Below are positions 51,472-60,798 of a stretch of 64,000 nt of DNA, piece by piece. Numbering within the stretch: the stretch's first letter is position 1; every line of letters starts with the position of its first letter. The stretch is taken from positions 1 through 64,000 of the IMG/VR virus record IMGVR_UViG_3300033475_000008; one strand, written 5' to 3'. Under the pieces are notes generated by a model that worked only from the letters and a program-made list of their open reading frames with translations, was not told where the DNA came from and searched no databases. Position numbers and translations under genes: made by a program. The stretch comes from a virus.

Positions 51472-54393
51472 TTAGTCGATACCGCGCATCTGCAAGATGC
51501 CCTTCAAGGCTGCTTCCCGCTGCCGTGGGTCGTCCGAGTTGAGGTACCGCTCCTGCAGCACCTGCAACTTCCCCAGCTGTGACCGGTCTTGGACCGTGGC
51601 CAGGGTAGTCGGGGACGTCTCGTCCCCGAGGCTCTTGGTGGAACGTGGCTGAGCGAGGCCCCGCCACGGAGCGACGCGAGGGTCGGGCTCGTCAGCGAGC
51701 TGCTCGATCTCCTTACGCGCCTTCTTGAGCAACTTCCGCTGCTCTGCCAGGTCATCCTGGGCCCTGGTCAACTCAGCGACCAGGGGTGCCGTAGCCTCAG
51801 CCACCGCGCTCTTGACCAGGTCGGGGACCAGTGACTTGAGAAGGACCTGCATGTCAGGTGAGGCACCCGCGGCCTTCTGCACGTTCCCAGACTCACCGTC
51901 CACGGTGAGTTGCCGGGGAGTGTCGTGACTGGTGGCCTCCACCTGCTCAGTGGGAACGTGTTCCATGGCTTCCTCTGAGGTGAGGCTCATGGGGCAGAGT
52001 CCACTGTGTGACTTGGCCAGGTGATCGTGAAGGAGAAGCATCGCGGACCGGGTGGTCTCTCGGTGTTGCGTGACTCGCATGGTCCGAGTCTCGGCGTCAG
52101 CGCCCTTGTTGGCTGGGCTGTCTGCTGCCGCACCACCGTGGAGGAACCCACGCTGGAACTGGCTCGCCGTGATCTGCCCACCGATGACGGGTGCCGTGTT
52201 GGGTCCCGCGTACTGGAAGGAGGGACGAGCGTTGCCGGACACGATGAGGGGGCGCCGGAACTGCTGTGCCGTCACGTGACCAGGGGTGAGAGCGGTTCCC
52301 GGTCCCGGGTTGGCGTCTGTGAAGGACTTGTGCAGCTCCTGGTGAAGCTCCAACAGGACGTCTGGGTCTGCGTTCTTGACCACGGTGGCCGCGTACCAGC
52401 GGTCCTGGGCTGCCAGGGCCTCTTCCATGGGAGCGCCGGCAGCAGTCTTCATGGCCTCACGCTGCCACAGGGTGGTGTCCAACCCGGTGAGGTCCCGGTA
52501 AGGGTGTGCCAGGGTCAGGGACTTGTGACTGTAGGCGGGGCAGAGAAGGTCATGAAGCGCGCCCAGTTCACCGCCGACACCCAGGGTCTCGTGCTTCATG
52601 GCAGTCTTCATGGCCACCTGGTCATCTGGCACGGTGTCCAGGTGAGCGTCTGCCTCAAAGGACTCGATGGCAGTACCGTCTGGCTCGCGGTGAGGGGCGA
52701 CGGGCTGCGCGGACATGCCGGTGACCCCGTCAGCGGGGGTGGGCTCACTGCGGTGAATGCTCTTGGTGACCTCAGCCTTGGCACCGCAGTTGGGGCAAAA
52801 CTTGGCCTTCTTGCCCATGCTGGCACTGCACTTGCTGCAGCTGGACTTGCCCTTCTTCACCTTGGGTGTCTCAACGGCCTTGTCTGCCTCGTCAGAGTCA
52901 TCACCGTCGTCATCAGCCTCGTCTGGACCACCGTCACTGCGGTTGTCCATCTCGTCTTCACCGTCATCGCCCTCGTCGTCAGGGGCCGGCTTCTTGGACT
53001 TGTCGACCGCGTCCTCGTCGTCGCCACCGAGCTTCTCACCGCACTTGCAGGTGTCAGCGTCGGCCTTGTTGAAGTGCTTACAGCTGGGGCACTGCTTGCC
53101 CCCTGCCTTCTCGACGGTCTCATCCTCAGTCACGGCATCTCCCTTGTCGATACCCAGCTCCTTCTTCCAGGCGTCCGGGAGCTGTGCCACGAACGCTGAG
53201 CCCTTGCGGCGGGCGATGCTGATGATGCGGTTCTTGACCGAGCCAGGGTTGTCAGCCTTGCCGACGAGTGACGCGGCGTCTTGCACGTCACCAGGGGTGA
53301 CGATGGGATAGGTGCGATTGGGTCCCGCGAAGTCCTCAGCAGGGAGCTTGTCCCGGTCCACGCCGCCACCGACGTTGGGATCAATCTTCTTCTCAAGGTC
53401 AATCGTGCCGGCCTTGTGCTTGTCATCCTGCAGTGCTTGAAGTGCTTGCAGGATCTCAAGGTTCTGGGGTGAAGCCGGCTTGGTCTTCATGTCTTCAAGG
53501 ATGGAGCTGATTGACTCACTGGTTGTCGGCTTCACACCAGGTGCCGCGGTGTGCGTCGCGTTATGGTGATTAGCCAGGGTGGCGAGAGCTGCCGCTGGCT
53601 TAGCCTTGAACCCGAGGTCAGTGCCGTCCTCATGGGTGATCTTACGACCCGCGTACTTGCCGGTACCGTTGGGTGCCGCGATGTGCCCGATCTTCTCACC
53701 GGTGGGCTTGTGGACTACGTCACCGTTGGGCTTGCGCTGCAGATCACCTACGTTGACGGGTCCAACCTTGATCCAACCATGAGAGTAGCCGTGTGGGCCG
53801 ACTTTCTCTACCACGTCTTCAGTCTGGTGCTTGTTGAGCACCCGCGCTAGATCAGTTGGGCTGGGGGCTGGCCGGCCGAAGAGCTTGCCCACCCATTCCG
53901 CGTCACCGGTCTTGGCAGCCTTGACGAGCTCGAATCGGCAGTTCTTGTTGGCCGGGCGGTCTACCAGGGAGATCTCACCCAGTTCACCACCGATGATGCG
54001 ACCGTTGACCGCGTGCTTGTCAGCGACGATGACCGGGTGCATGATCCCCACGGAGTAGGACCGAAGCACGCCCTTCTTCACGAGGTCCTTCGCGACGGGT
54101 TCCACAACCAGGGACTTGACCCACTGACCACCGTTGCCGTCGCTGTCGACCTCGATACCACGCCCCACGGGACGGTACTGGTCGTGCTGGACTCGAACGT
54201 TGCCCCCGGTGTCCAGCCAGTCCTTCACGGCCTTGGCGGCCCACTCAGGGTCTACGATCTGTCGGTCACTGTCAACGATCCCGTCGGTGGCCTTACCGTA
54301 GACGATGACGTCACCGTCTGCCGTGGTTTCCATCTTGGCGATGGGGAAGGAGACGTAGGTCACCTCACCGTCGGGGGTCAGCGTGGCTGCCAT
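51472..54393 (-). CDS. prohead protease/scaffold multidomain protein
   Basis: HK97-type protease (VYG.A, D.D.QIVD, QH...VG, G.L..YSVG, EISLVDRPAN), then KVGPHGYSHG repeat, DFAGPNRTYPI domain, zinc ribbons and coiled coil. Confidence 0.85.
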   Translation of the reverse strand: MAATLTPDGEVTYVSFPIAKMETTADGDVIVYGKATDGIVDSDRQIVDPEWAAKAVKDWLDTGGNVRVQHDQYRPVGRGIEVDSDGNGGQWVKSLVVEPVAKDLVKKGVLRSYSVGIMHPVIVADKHAVNGRIIGGELGEISLVDRPANKNCRFELVKAAKTGDAEWVGKLFGRPAPSPTDLARVLNKHQTEDVVEKVGPHGYSHGWIKVGPVNVGDLQRKPNGDVVHKPTGEKIGHIAAPNGTGKYAGRKITHEDGTDLGFKAKPAAALATLANHHNATHTAAPGVKPTTSESISSILEDMKTKPASPQNLEILQALQALQDDKHKAGTIDLEKKIDPNVGGGVDRDKLPAEDFAGPNRTYPIVTPGDVQDAASLVGKADNPGSVKNRIISIARRKGSAFVAQLPDAWKKELGIDKGDAVTEDETVEKAGGKQCPSCKHFNKADADTCKCGEKLGGDDEDAVDKSKKPAPDDEGDDGEDEMDNRSDGGPDEADDDGDDSDEADKAVETPKVKKGKSSCSKCSASMGKKAKFCPNCGAKAEVTKSIHRSEPTPADGVTGMSAQPVAPHREPDGTAIESFEADAHLDTVPDDQVAMKTAMKHETLGVGGELGALHDLLCPAYSHKSLTLAHPYRDLTGLDTTLWQREAMKTAAGAPMEEALAAQDRWYAATVVKNADPDVLLELHQELHKSFTDANPGPGTALTPGHVTAQQFRRPLIVSGNARPSFQYAGPNTAPVIGGQITASQFQRGFLHGGAAADSPANKGADAETRTMRVTQHRETTRSAMLLLHDHLAKSHSGLCPMSLTSEEAMEHVPTEQVEATSHDTPRQLTVDGESGNVQKAAGASPDMQVLLKSLVPDLVKSAVAEATAPLVAELTRAQDDLAEQRKLLKKARKEIEQLADEPDPRVAPWRGLAQPRSTKSLGDETSPTTLATVQDRSQLGKLQVLQERYLNSDDPRQREAALKGILQMRGID

Positions 54394-54417
54394 GCTCCTC
54401 CTTTGGCATATGAAAAG

Positions 54418-54446
54418 ACGAGCCGTGCCTCAGGCACGACTCGTCT
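54418..54446. terminator. hairpin upstream of the protease
   Basis: GACGAGCCGTGCC-TCA-GGCACGACTCGTC. Confidence 0.45.
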
Positions 54447-54461
54447 AGTGACCATAGTATA

Positions 54462-54665
54462 TCACGCAGTGTCACTGGAGCCACTGCCGGTTTGAGCATT
54501 GTAGCGACGCATGAAGTCATCGGCCTCGTCAGCAGGAAGAGTAGTGTGGTCACCCTCGTAGACCGCGCTGAGTCGGTCCTTGAAGGCACCCTCAGCTTCC
54601 TCTTGCTTGACGTCCTCGTCTGGCTCAAGGTCGTCGTGCTCGTCTGGGGCCTGCTCGTCGCTCAT
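54462..54665 (-). CDS. small acidic protein
   Basis: ATGA overlap with the ART gene. Confidence 0.55.
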   Translation of the reverse strand: MSDEQAPDEHDDLEPDEDVKQEEAEGAFKDRLSAVYEGDHTTLPADEADDFMRRYNAQTGSGSSDTA

Positions 54666-57600
54666 GCCTGTCCGATCTTGTTGTACATGGTGTGGTTGCC
54701 ATCAGACTTGCTGATACCGACGATGGTGATGTCAGCGCGGCGACGGCCATCTGACCCGACGACGTCACTGTTCACGTGGTACATGGTGCCTCGTTGCAAG
54801 AGGATCTCTGCCTCACTGCTGTAGTAGGAGACACCCTTCACGTCCATGCCCTTGGCACCCTTTGGAGCGTGGATGGTGAGGAGGAGTCCCTTGCTGCCCC
54901 AGCCACCGAAGTTCTGTCCCACGTGTTCCTTGGTACTGGTGGACATGAAGGAGTGTTGCACGCCGACCTTGCCGACCTGACTACCGACGGGACCGAGCAT
55001 GCCCTCACCGTCATTGATGCCACGGTGCAGGGTCATATCCTGAGTGAGCTCACTCTTGTCCAGGGCTGAGGTGAGGTTGTTGCCAGCCGTGTCACCGGTC
55101 TTCTGGTCGTGGTGAAGCTTGGCGAGCGCGACCTTCTTGTTGATGGTGCCGTACCAGCTACCGGTGTACTTCTTGACCGCGGCGAGTTCACCGGCACTCA
55201 GTGTCTCGTTGCCCAAGGTGGTGTGAACTGACTTGGGAACGTGAACCGCCGCCGGTGCCACCGGAGTGAGGTTGACTTGTTGAGCGAGTGACGGCTTGGG
55301 CTTAGGTGCGCTCTCATCCTTGGCCAACTTGACGGCTTGCTGGTGAGCGTAGGCCAGTGAACCCTTGGCCTCCCACGAGTTGCTAACAGTCCAGGTGGCA
55401 CCACTGTGAGCGTGTGTGACCGTGGCTGTGCCATCTGGGTTGGTCTTGATCGTGCCCAGGTGAGTGACCTGATCGGCTTGAGTGTCCCAGGGGTTGCTGT
55501 GATAGTCGACGTTGGCCACACCGGTAGTCGAGTCGACGGGACCCACCATGGTCTTGTAGTTGTAACCAGGAGTGCCTGGGTCCAACTTGGCCAGTGCGCT
55601 GTCTGGGTCCTTCTTCACCACCTGGTGGATAGCCGTGGTCTGGTTGTGATAGTTGGCCAACTTGGCGACGGCTTCCTTCTTGGTGCTGGAGTTGGGAAGC
55701 TTGGTGCCGTCTTCGTGTTGAACCACCCAGGCGTTGTGCCAGTTCTTGCTGACCGTGCCGATCTGCTGCTTGCTGACCTTGTCGATGGCGGCGTGGGTGC
55801 CGTCTTGCTTGACTGAGACGTCGGTGGGCTTGACCGCGGTGCCGGCCTTGAGCCAGGCAGGCGGCGGTTCTGGAGCCGGTGCTGAGGGTACCGTTGCCGC
55901 GGGTGACGTTGACGGTGGAAGCTTGTCGATCTCATCGTTGTGATAGTTGATGAGAGCCTTCTTAGCGTGATAGACGTCACTGTAGGCCGGCAACGTCTTG
56001 CCACTGGCGTGTGTCGGTACCGCGCCACCGCTCACCGGGAGGTTGATTTCTCCGATGACGACGTTGTTGTGCGTGACCTTGTCTGACACGGTATTGTAGT
56101 GCGCGTCATCGCTGTAACTGATGTGACCGGCGGCGGCCCACTCTGGTACTGGACTGACTGGTGTCTCAGCCGGTGCCGTCATTTCGGTGATGCCGGCGTA
56201 CTTCTTGTTGTGGTACGCGGCCACGGCTTGTGAGGGTGAGTTGCCTACGCCTACCGGGACAGCAGTACTATCAGCGTGAGTAGCCGTATAGCCACCAGAA
56301 TCGGGCTTGTAGTGACCCACCACGGTGCCTGTCGGCTTGTGGACAAGGTCACCGGCACCATCAGGGAAGACGTCCTTGGCGTTGATCGCGCCGAGCTTCT
56401 CGTAGTCCTTCTTCTCAGGTGTCGACGGTGGTGTCGGTGATGAGGAACTCCCACTCAGTGAGTTGTGATACTCCGAGAGAGTGAGCTTGGCGTGTTGCGC
56501 TGCGCCGCCAGGGAGCACGGCACCGCTCGACGTGAAGTGCTTCACGTCAAGAACAGTCCCGTCCACGTGCTTGACTTGCTTGAAACTCGGCTTACCAGAT
56601 GTGGGGATGGTCTCACCGATCTTCTTGCCGGTGGCGTCATCCACGAAGTCCATGCTACCGGGCTCGTTACCTGGTACCAGTGTCATGCCAGCCGGTGTGA
56701 CCTTAGCCGGGAGATCCAACTTGGGCTTCGGCTTGGGGAGTTCCACTGAGACTGCCGGTGCCTCTGGCTGAGCGACGTGTCCCTCCCCACCCTTCATCTT
56801 GGAGTTGTGGTGAAGAGCGATGCTGGCCAGGGCGTTGCCCTTGTAGACACCGGTGTGAGTGTGAGTGCCGTCAGCGTGGGTGGCCGTAAAGGTGCTGGTG
56901 CCCTTCTTCGGTGTGTCTGCTTGCTTGGCCAGGTGGCCGACCACGGTTCCCGTGGGCTTGTGGACCACGTCGCCGTTCTTCTTGACACTGAGGTCCTGCG
57001 TGTTGATCTCACCACCGGCCTTGGCCCAGGGTGCAGTGGGGTGAGTGGCCGGGGTGGGAGCAGCGACCGTGGCACTCTGAGCGGGAGTGATCGGCTTGGC
57101 CATCTCGCCGGGTGCGGTCTTCTTAGCCGGGACCTTGACCGGTGTTGACGAGTCATGCGTGGTACCACCCACGGGGCTCTGCATGCCGTGAAGCTGCTCG
57201 TGGGCCTTGAGTTGTTCGTGGATGCTGTCGTAACCTTGACCAGGGGTGGCGAAGTTCCGGGCCTGAGTGAGCTCGGTGTGAGCCTTCATCGCGTCACCAC
57301 TTGCCAGGGCGTTGGCCGCGGCATGGAGGTGGTTGGCGGCACTCGTGTCGCCCTGCTTGGTAGCGTGTTGAGCCAGGAGATGCAGGTTGTGATACTCGGC
57401 TACCGAGTCCACGGCCTCTTGGTGGGTCTGGTGCTTGGTCATGAGCTTCATCTTGCCAGAGCCGATGACCGCGCCGTTGTGTTGTCCACTGAACGTGCCG
57501 TCCGCGTTCTTGCGGATACCACCGATCTGCTGACCACCGACGTAGGTCTTGCCCTCCAGGTGCCCACCGTGGTAGATCTTGCCGTTCTTGGGGTCCCGCC

Positions 57601-58570
57601 AGGCCTTGGTGGTGCCGTGGCCACAGGGTGGCCGGACGCAGATGAACCCGTGGATGTATCCCTCTGGCCCGACCTTGAGGATCTGGACCGCGGGGACCTT
57701 CATCTTGCCAGTGTTGGTGGGCTTGCCCAGGGGGACGGTGGAGACGACCTCACCACCGACGTGGATGTTGAGGTGTGTGACCGGCACGTCCACCCAGGGC
57801 TGGGGCTCTGGTGCCTCACCACCGTACTTGAGAGTGACGTGTGGGGTGAAGTCCTGGTGCTCTGAGGCGTGGTACCTCTGCAGCTTCTGGCGCAGCACGT
57901 CCAGTGGCTCACCCTGGGTGAGCTCGTCAGTGGTGACGTGAGCGTAGTGGACGTCATCACCGCCACTGCTGGCTGAGGCCGGGAACCTGCCGAGGCCGCC
58001 GACCTGCATGGTGAAGGGCACAGTACCACGGGCTGCCTGCTGCACCGCCTGCTTGACCTCCTCGAGGAGGTCATCCGTGACGTTCTTACCGAGGTAGACT
58101 AGGGTGACATGGTGGTCGTCGACCCCGCCGTCCACGTCTTGGAGGGTGCCAGGTGTGAGGTCGATGCTGACCATGCCACTGCGCTTGGTGAGGCCAGGAA
58201 CGGCGGCCTTGCCTCGAAGCTCCTTGGCGTGAGTGACTGGCCAGATACCCAGGGCATCGTGGTGTCGCTCTGCGCAGTAGCCCTTCGGGTCCTCCATGAA
58301 CTTGCCGACGTGGCGGACGCAGCGGTCAAAGTCACCGGGCTCACCCCAGCGGACTTTCAGAGTGCCGCCCTTGCCGTGGGTCCAGTATCGGCGCAGGGTC
58401 TCCGCGTCACCGCCGTGCCCCTTGGCCTTGGTCACGTCCCCCTCTGGTGCCTGAGGGAGGCGTGACTTGCCCATGCCAGGCGACCAGGTGGCGCCGCGAG
58501 CCACGTCATAGAGGTCGTGGAGCCAGTCCCGGTTGACTGGGGACTCGTCCAGGTTGCCGAGGTCGATCAT
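54662..58570 (-). CDS. multidomain head-associated protein: 2H phosphoesterase, repeats and VIP2-like ADP-ribosyltransferase
   Basis: HHVTL and PHVTL (2H); about 7 repeats ending (Y/H)HN; YTG..Y..IN, LHRG, FMSTS, EAEILL. Confidence 0.85.
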   Translation of the reverse strand: MIDLGNLDESPVNRDWLHDLYDVARGATWSPGMGKSRLPQAPEGDVTKAKGHGGDAETLRRYWTHGKGGTLKVRWGEPGDFDRCVRHVGKFMEDPKGYCAERHHDALGIWPVTHAKELRGKAAVPGLTKRSGMVSIDLTPGTLQDVDGGVDDHHVTLVYLGKNVTDDLLEEVKQAVQQAARGTVPFTMQVGGLGRFPASASSGGDDVHYAHVTTDELTQGEPLDVLRQKLQRYHASEHQDFTPHVTLKYGGEAPEPQPWVDVPVTHLNIHVGGEVVSTVPLGKPTNTGKMKVPAVQILKVGPEGYIHGFICVRPPCGHGTTKAWRDPKNGKIYHGGHLEGKTYVGGQQIGGIRKNADGTFSGQHNGAVIGSGKMKLMTKHQTHQEAVDSVAEYHNLHLLAQHATKQGDTSAANHLHAAANALASGDAMKAHTELTQARNFATPGQGYDSIHEQLKAHEQLHGMQSPVGGTTHDSSTPVKVPAKKTAPGEMAKPITPAQSATVAAPTPATHPTAPWAKAGGEINTQDLSVKKNGDVVHKPTGTVVGHLAKQADTPKKGTSTFTATHADGTHTHTGVYKGNALASIALHHNSKMKGGEGHVAQPEAPAVSVELPKPKPKLDLPAKVTPAGMTLVPGNEPGSMDFVDDATGKKIGETIPTSGKPSFKQVKHVDGTVLDVKHFTSSGAVLPGGAAQHAKLTLSEYHNSLSGSSSSPTPPSTPEKKDYEKLGAINAKDVFPDGAGDLVHKPTGTVVGHYKPDSGGYTATHADSTAVPVGVGNSPSQAVAAYHNKKYAGITEMTAPAETPVSPVPEWAAAGHISYSDDAHYNTVSDKVTHNNVVIGEINLPVSGGAVPTHASGKTLPAYSDVYHAKKALINYHNDEIDKLPPSTSPAATVPSAPAPEPPPAWLKAGTAVKPTDVSVKQDGTHAAIDKVSKQQIGTVSKNWHNAWVVQHEDGTKLPNSSTKKEAVAKLANYHNQTTAIHQVVKKDPDSALAKLDPGTPGYNYKTMVGPVDSTTGVANVDYHSNPWDTQADQVTHLGTIKTNPDGTATVTHAHSGATWTVSNSWEAKGSLAYAHQQAVKLAKDESAPKPKPSLAQQVNLTPVAPAAVHVPKSVHTTLGNETLSAGELAAVKKYTGSWYGTINKKVALAKLHHDQKTGDTAGNNLTSALDKSELTQDMTLHRGINDGEGMLGPVGSQVGKVGVQHSFMSTSTKEHVGQNFGGWGSKGLLLTIHAPKGAKGMDVKGVSYYSSEAEILLQRGTMYHVNSDVVGSDGRRRADITIVGISKSDGNHTMYNKIGQA

Positions 58571-60798
58571 GCCTTCAGTCCAAACTGGATCGTCGTATTG
58601 TCACTGCTGGGTTGTGCCTTGATGGCGACGACCTCTCCTAGGGCGACGACGCTGTTTCGAAGCTCACCCTCACCTCGCCAGTGCATGAACACCTGGTCTG
58701 AGGGGTGGGTGGTATTCATCCACGCGACTGGCACGTCGTTCTTCGTGTACTTGACGCCGTAAGGAGCCCCTATGTTCATGTTGTCGACCTCATGCCCGAC
58801 TGACTTGTTCATGAGACTGCGGATCGACGCCTTGCCCCTGGGCTCTGACCAGGAGGAGATGGAATTGGTGGTGGCGGTCCATGGTTCCTTCTCCGCGCCA
58901 AACTTGAGAGGGTGCTCAGCGAGTTGAAGCTGCTTGGCCTGCTTGCCATACACGGCTCGGATCACCGGGAGATCACCAGAGATCTTGGCTTCCTTGAGGA
59001 CCTGCTGTGTGTAGTGTTGCTGTGCCTTCACGGTCCAGTAATCATGGAAGTCTTCTCGACGTTGTCGTGCCTCTGGTGACATGTCGTTGAACCGGAACCC
59101 AAGCAGGCCCATGGGACCGCTGAAGGACTGGAAGTCAGACTTCGCGTACTTGAACTCACTGATCTCAGTGAGCTTCGCACCGTCAAAGTCACCGGGTTGG
59201 ATCTTCGGTGGTTCCTTCATGTCGTGGACCTTGTTGAAGATCGGCACGATGTCGTCGTTGCCACTGGCACCCCAGACACTGACCAACCGGTCCACGCCAG
59301 CCCAGTCCTTGGCCTTCCAGTTGCCCTCGTTCTGCAGGTCCGTGTCACTGCTGATGAGGCCAGCCGCTGGCTCAGGCACACCGGCCTTGGTGAGCACTGA
59401 GTGCAGGTACCGGCTCTTGAGAGTGTCCAGTTCGCCAGCTTGCTTGTCATCAGCAAACTTGAGCTTCTTGTCACCGATGAGGGCCTTGATCCTGGCGTGG
59501 TCCTCTGGTGAGAGGTGATCCTCGAACCCGCCACTGAGTTCCGCGGTCTCACCGGAGACGACAGCGTGGGTGCGCTCCAGTGGGGCTGGCTCAGTGAGAG
59601 TACCGGTCTCTCGCTCTGGTCGCTTGAGCTCCTCTACCTTGGGAGTCTCTGGCTCGTGAGTCGCCTCAACTGGCTTCTCGACCTCAGCGGGCTTGACCTC
59701 TGGTTCTACCGACTTGATCTCACCGTGGGCCTTCACCGACATGTTGTGATGCGTGGCCAGGGTGCCCAGGGCCTCACGCTTGTAGACACCGTGGTAGGTC
59801 TGGGTGCCGTCGGCGTGGTGGACCAGGAACGTGGTAGTACCCGGCTTGGGACTGTCTGGGGTCCGCTGGATGTGCCCGACGACGGTGCCAGACTCCTTGT
59901 GGACGACTGAGCCGTCCTTCTTCAAGCTGAGGTGCGAGGCGTCGACCTCTGCCCCTACCTTGATCCAGCCGTGGATGTAGCCCTTGGGACCGACCTTGCC
60001 GAGGAACTTGTTCTGCGACGAGGCACCCTGGTGCTGTTGGTAGACGTGTGTCTCGTCCCAGGGGCCACCGTCGTTGTCTACGAACCCGATGTAGGCTCGG
60101 ACTGGCTTACCCAGGGTGTGGTAGGCCAGGGTACGGTGGTGCCCGTCGATGACCTTGACCTTGTTCTCACCGGGCTCCTGCACCGCGACCACGGGGTGGG
60201 TGTGGCCCTTACCCTTCTTGATCTGCTTGGCGAAGTGCTTGACCCGGTCTGGCTCGTGACTGGCAGCCCAGGAGCCCACGTCGTCGTAGTCTACCCGGTC
60301 CTGGGGTACCTCTACTGGCCCGATCCACCGAGCCTTCTTCATCCAGCCCAGGGCTTTCTCTGGGTAGTTCTGCCGCATCTGGTTCATGACGTGCTCAGCC
60401 TCAACCGGGTTGGCGTCATGAGGGTCGGCGGCGGCCTTAGCCAGGGGACGAGAACGAGGAGCGCTGAAGTCACCGGGGTCGTGTTGGATGTCGTTCTCGT
60501 CATGTGGCAACAGCACTGGTCCACCCAGACCAGAGGGGTCACCGGGAAGGAACGCTGAGTCTGGTCCCGTGGGTGGCTCAAAGACCTGCCCGCTGTTGTC
60601 GACGTGTCGACGTCGAGCTCGGACGGCTTCCCGAACCGTGTCTGCCCGGGACATGCCGGCCTTGAGACAGTCCACCACGGTGCCGACATCGCGGTGAGTG
60701 ATGTGTCGGGGCTGCCAAGTACCCGGTGACACGCCCTTGAGGATGACTCGAGTGAGAGCGTCCAACTCTGACTGAACCTGTTGCTCCGTGATGGTCAC
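58567..60798 (-). CDS. multidomain head-associated protein: ParB/Srx-like domain, repeat and divergent ART-like C-terminus
   Basis: HPVVAV...VIDGHHRT.A; KVGPKGYIHG; VIRAV, ISSWS, GEVVA. Confidence 0.7.
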   Translation of the reverse strand: MTITEQQVQSELDALTRVILKGVSPGTWQPRHITHRDVGTVVDCLKAGMSRADTVREAVRARRRHVDNSGQVFEPPTGPDSAFLPGDPSGLGGPVLLPHDENDIQHDPGDFSAPRSRPLAKAAADPHDANPVEAEHVMNQMRQNYPEKALGWMKKARWIGPVEVPQDRVDYDDVGSWAASHEPDRVKHFAKQIKKGKGHTHPVVAVQEPGENKVKVIDGHHRTLAYHTLGKPVRAYIGFVDNDGGPWDETHVYQQHQGASSQNKFLGKVGPKGYIHGWIKVGAEVDASHLSLKKDGSVVHKESGTVVGHIQRTPDSPKPGTTTFLVHHADGTQTYHGVYKREALGTLATHHNMSVKAHGEIKSVEPEVKPAEVEKPVEATHEPETPKVEELKRPERETGTLTEPAPLERTHAVVSGETAELSGGFEDHLSPEDHARIKALIGDKKLKFADDKQAGELDTLKSRYLHSVLTKAGVPEPAAGLISSDTDLQNEGNWKAKDWAGVDRLVSVWGASGNDDIVPIFNKVHDMKEPPKIQPGDFDGAKLTEISEFKYAKSDFQSFSGPMGLLGFRFNDMSPEARQRREDFHDYWTVKAQQHYTQQVLKEAKISGDLPVIRAVYGKQAKQLQLAEHPLKFGAEKEPWTATTNSISSWSEPRGKASIRSLMNKSVGHEVDNMNIGAPYGVKYTKNDVPVAWMNTTHPSDQVFMHWRGEGELRNSVVALGEVVAIKAQPSSDNTTIQFGLKA

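Noticed and set aside
49164-51542. 792-aa + strand ORF (likewise 10113..11414, 17211..18308, 28969..30003, 52021..53199)
   Set aside because: Antisense shadows of well-supported genes, expected in high-GC DNA
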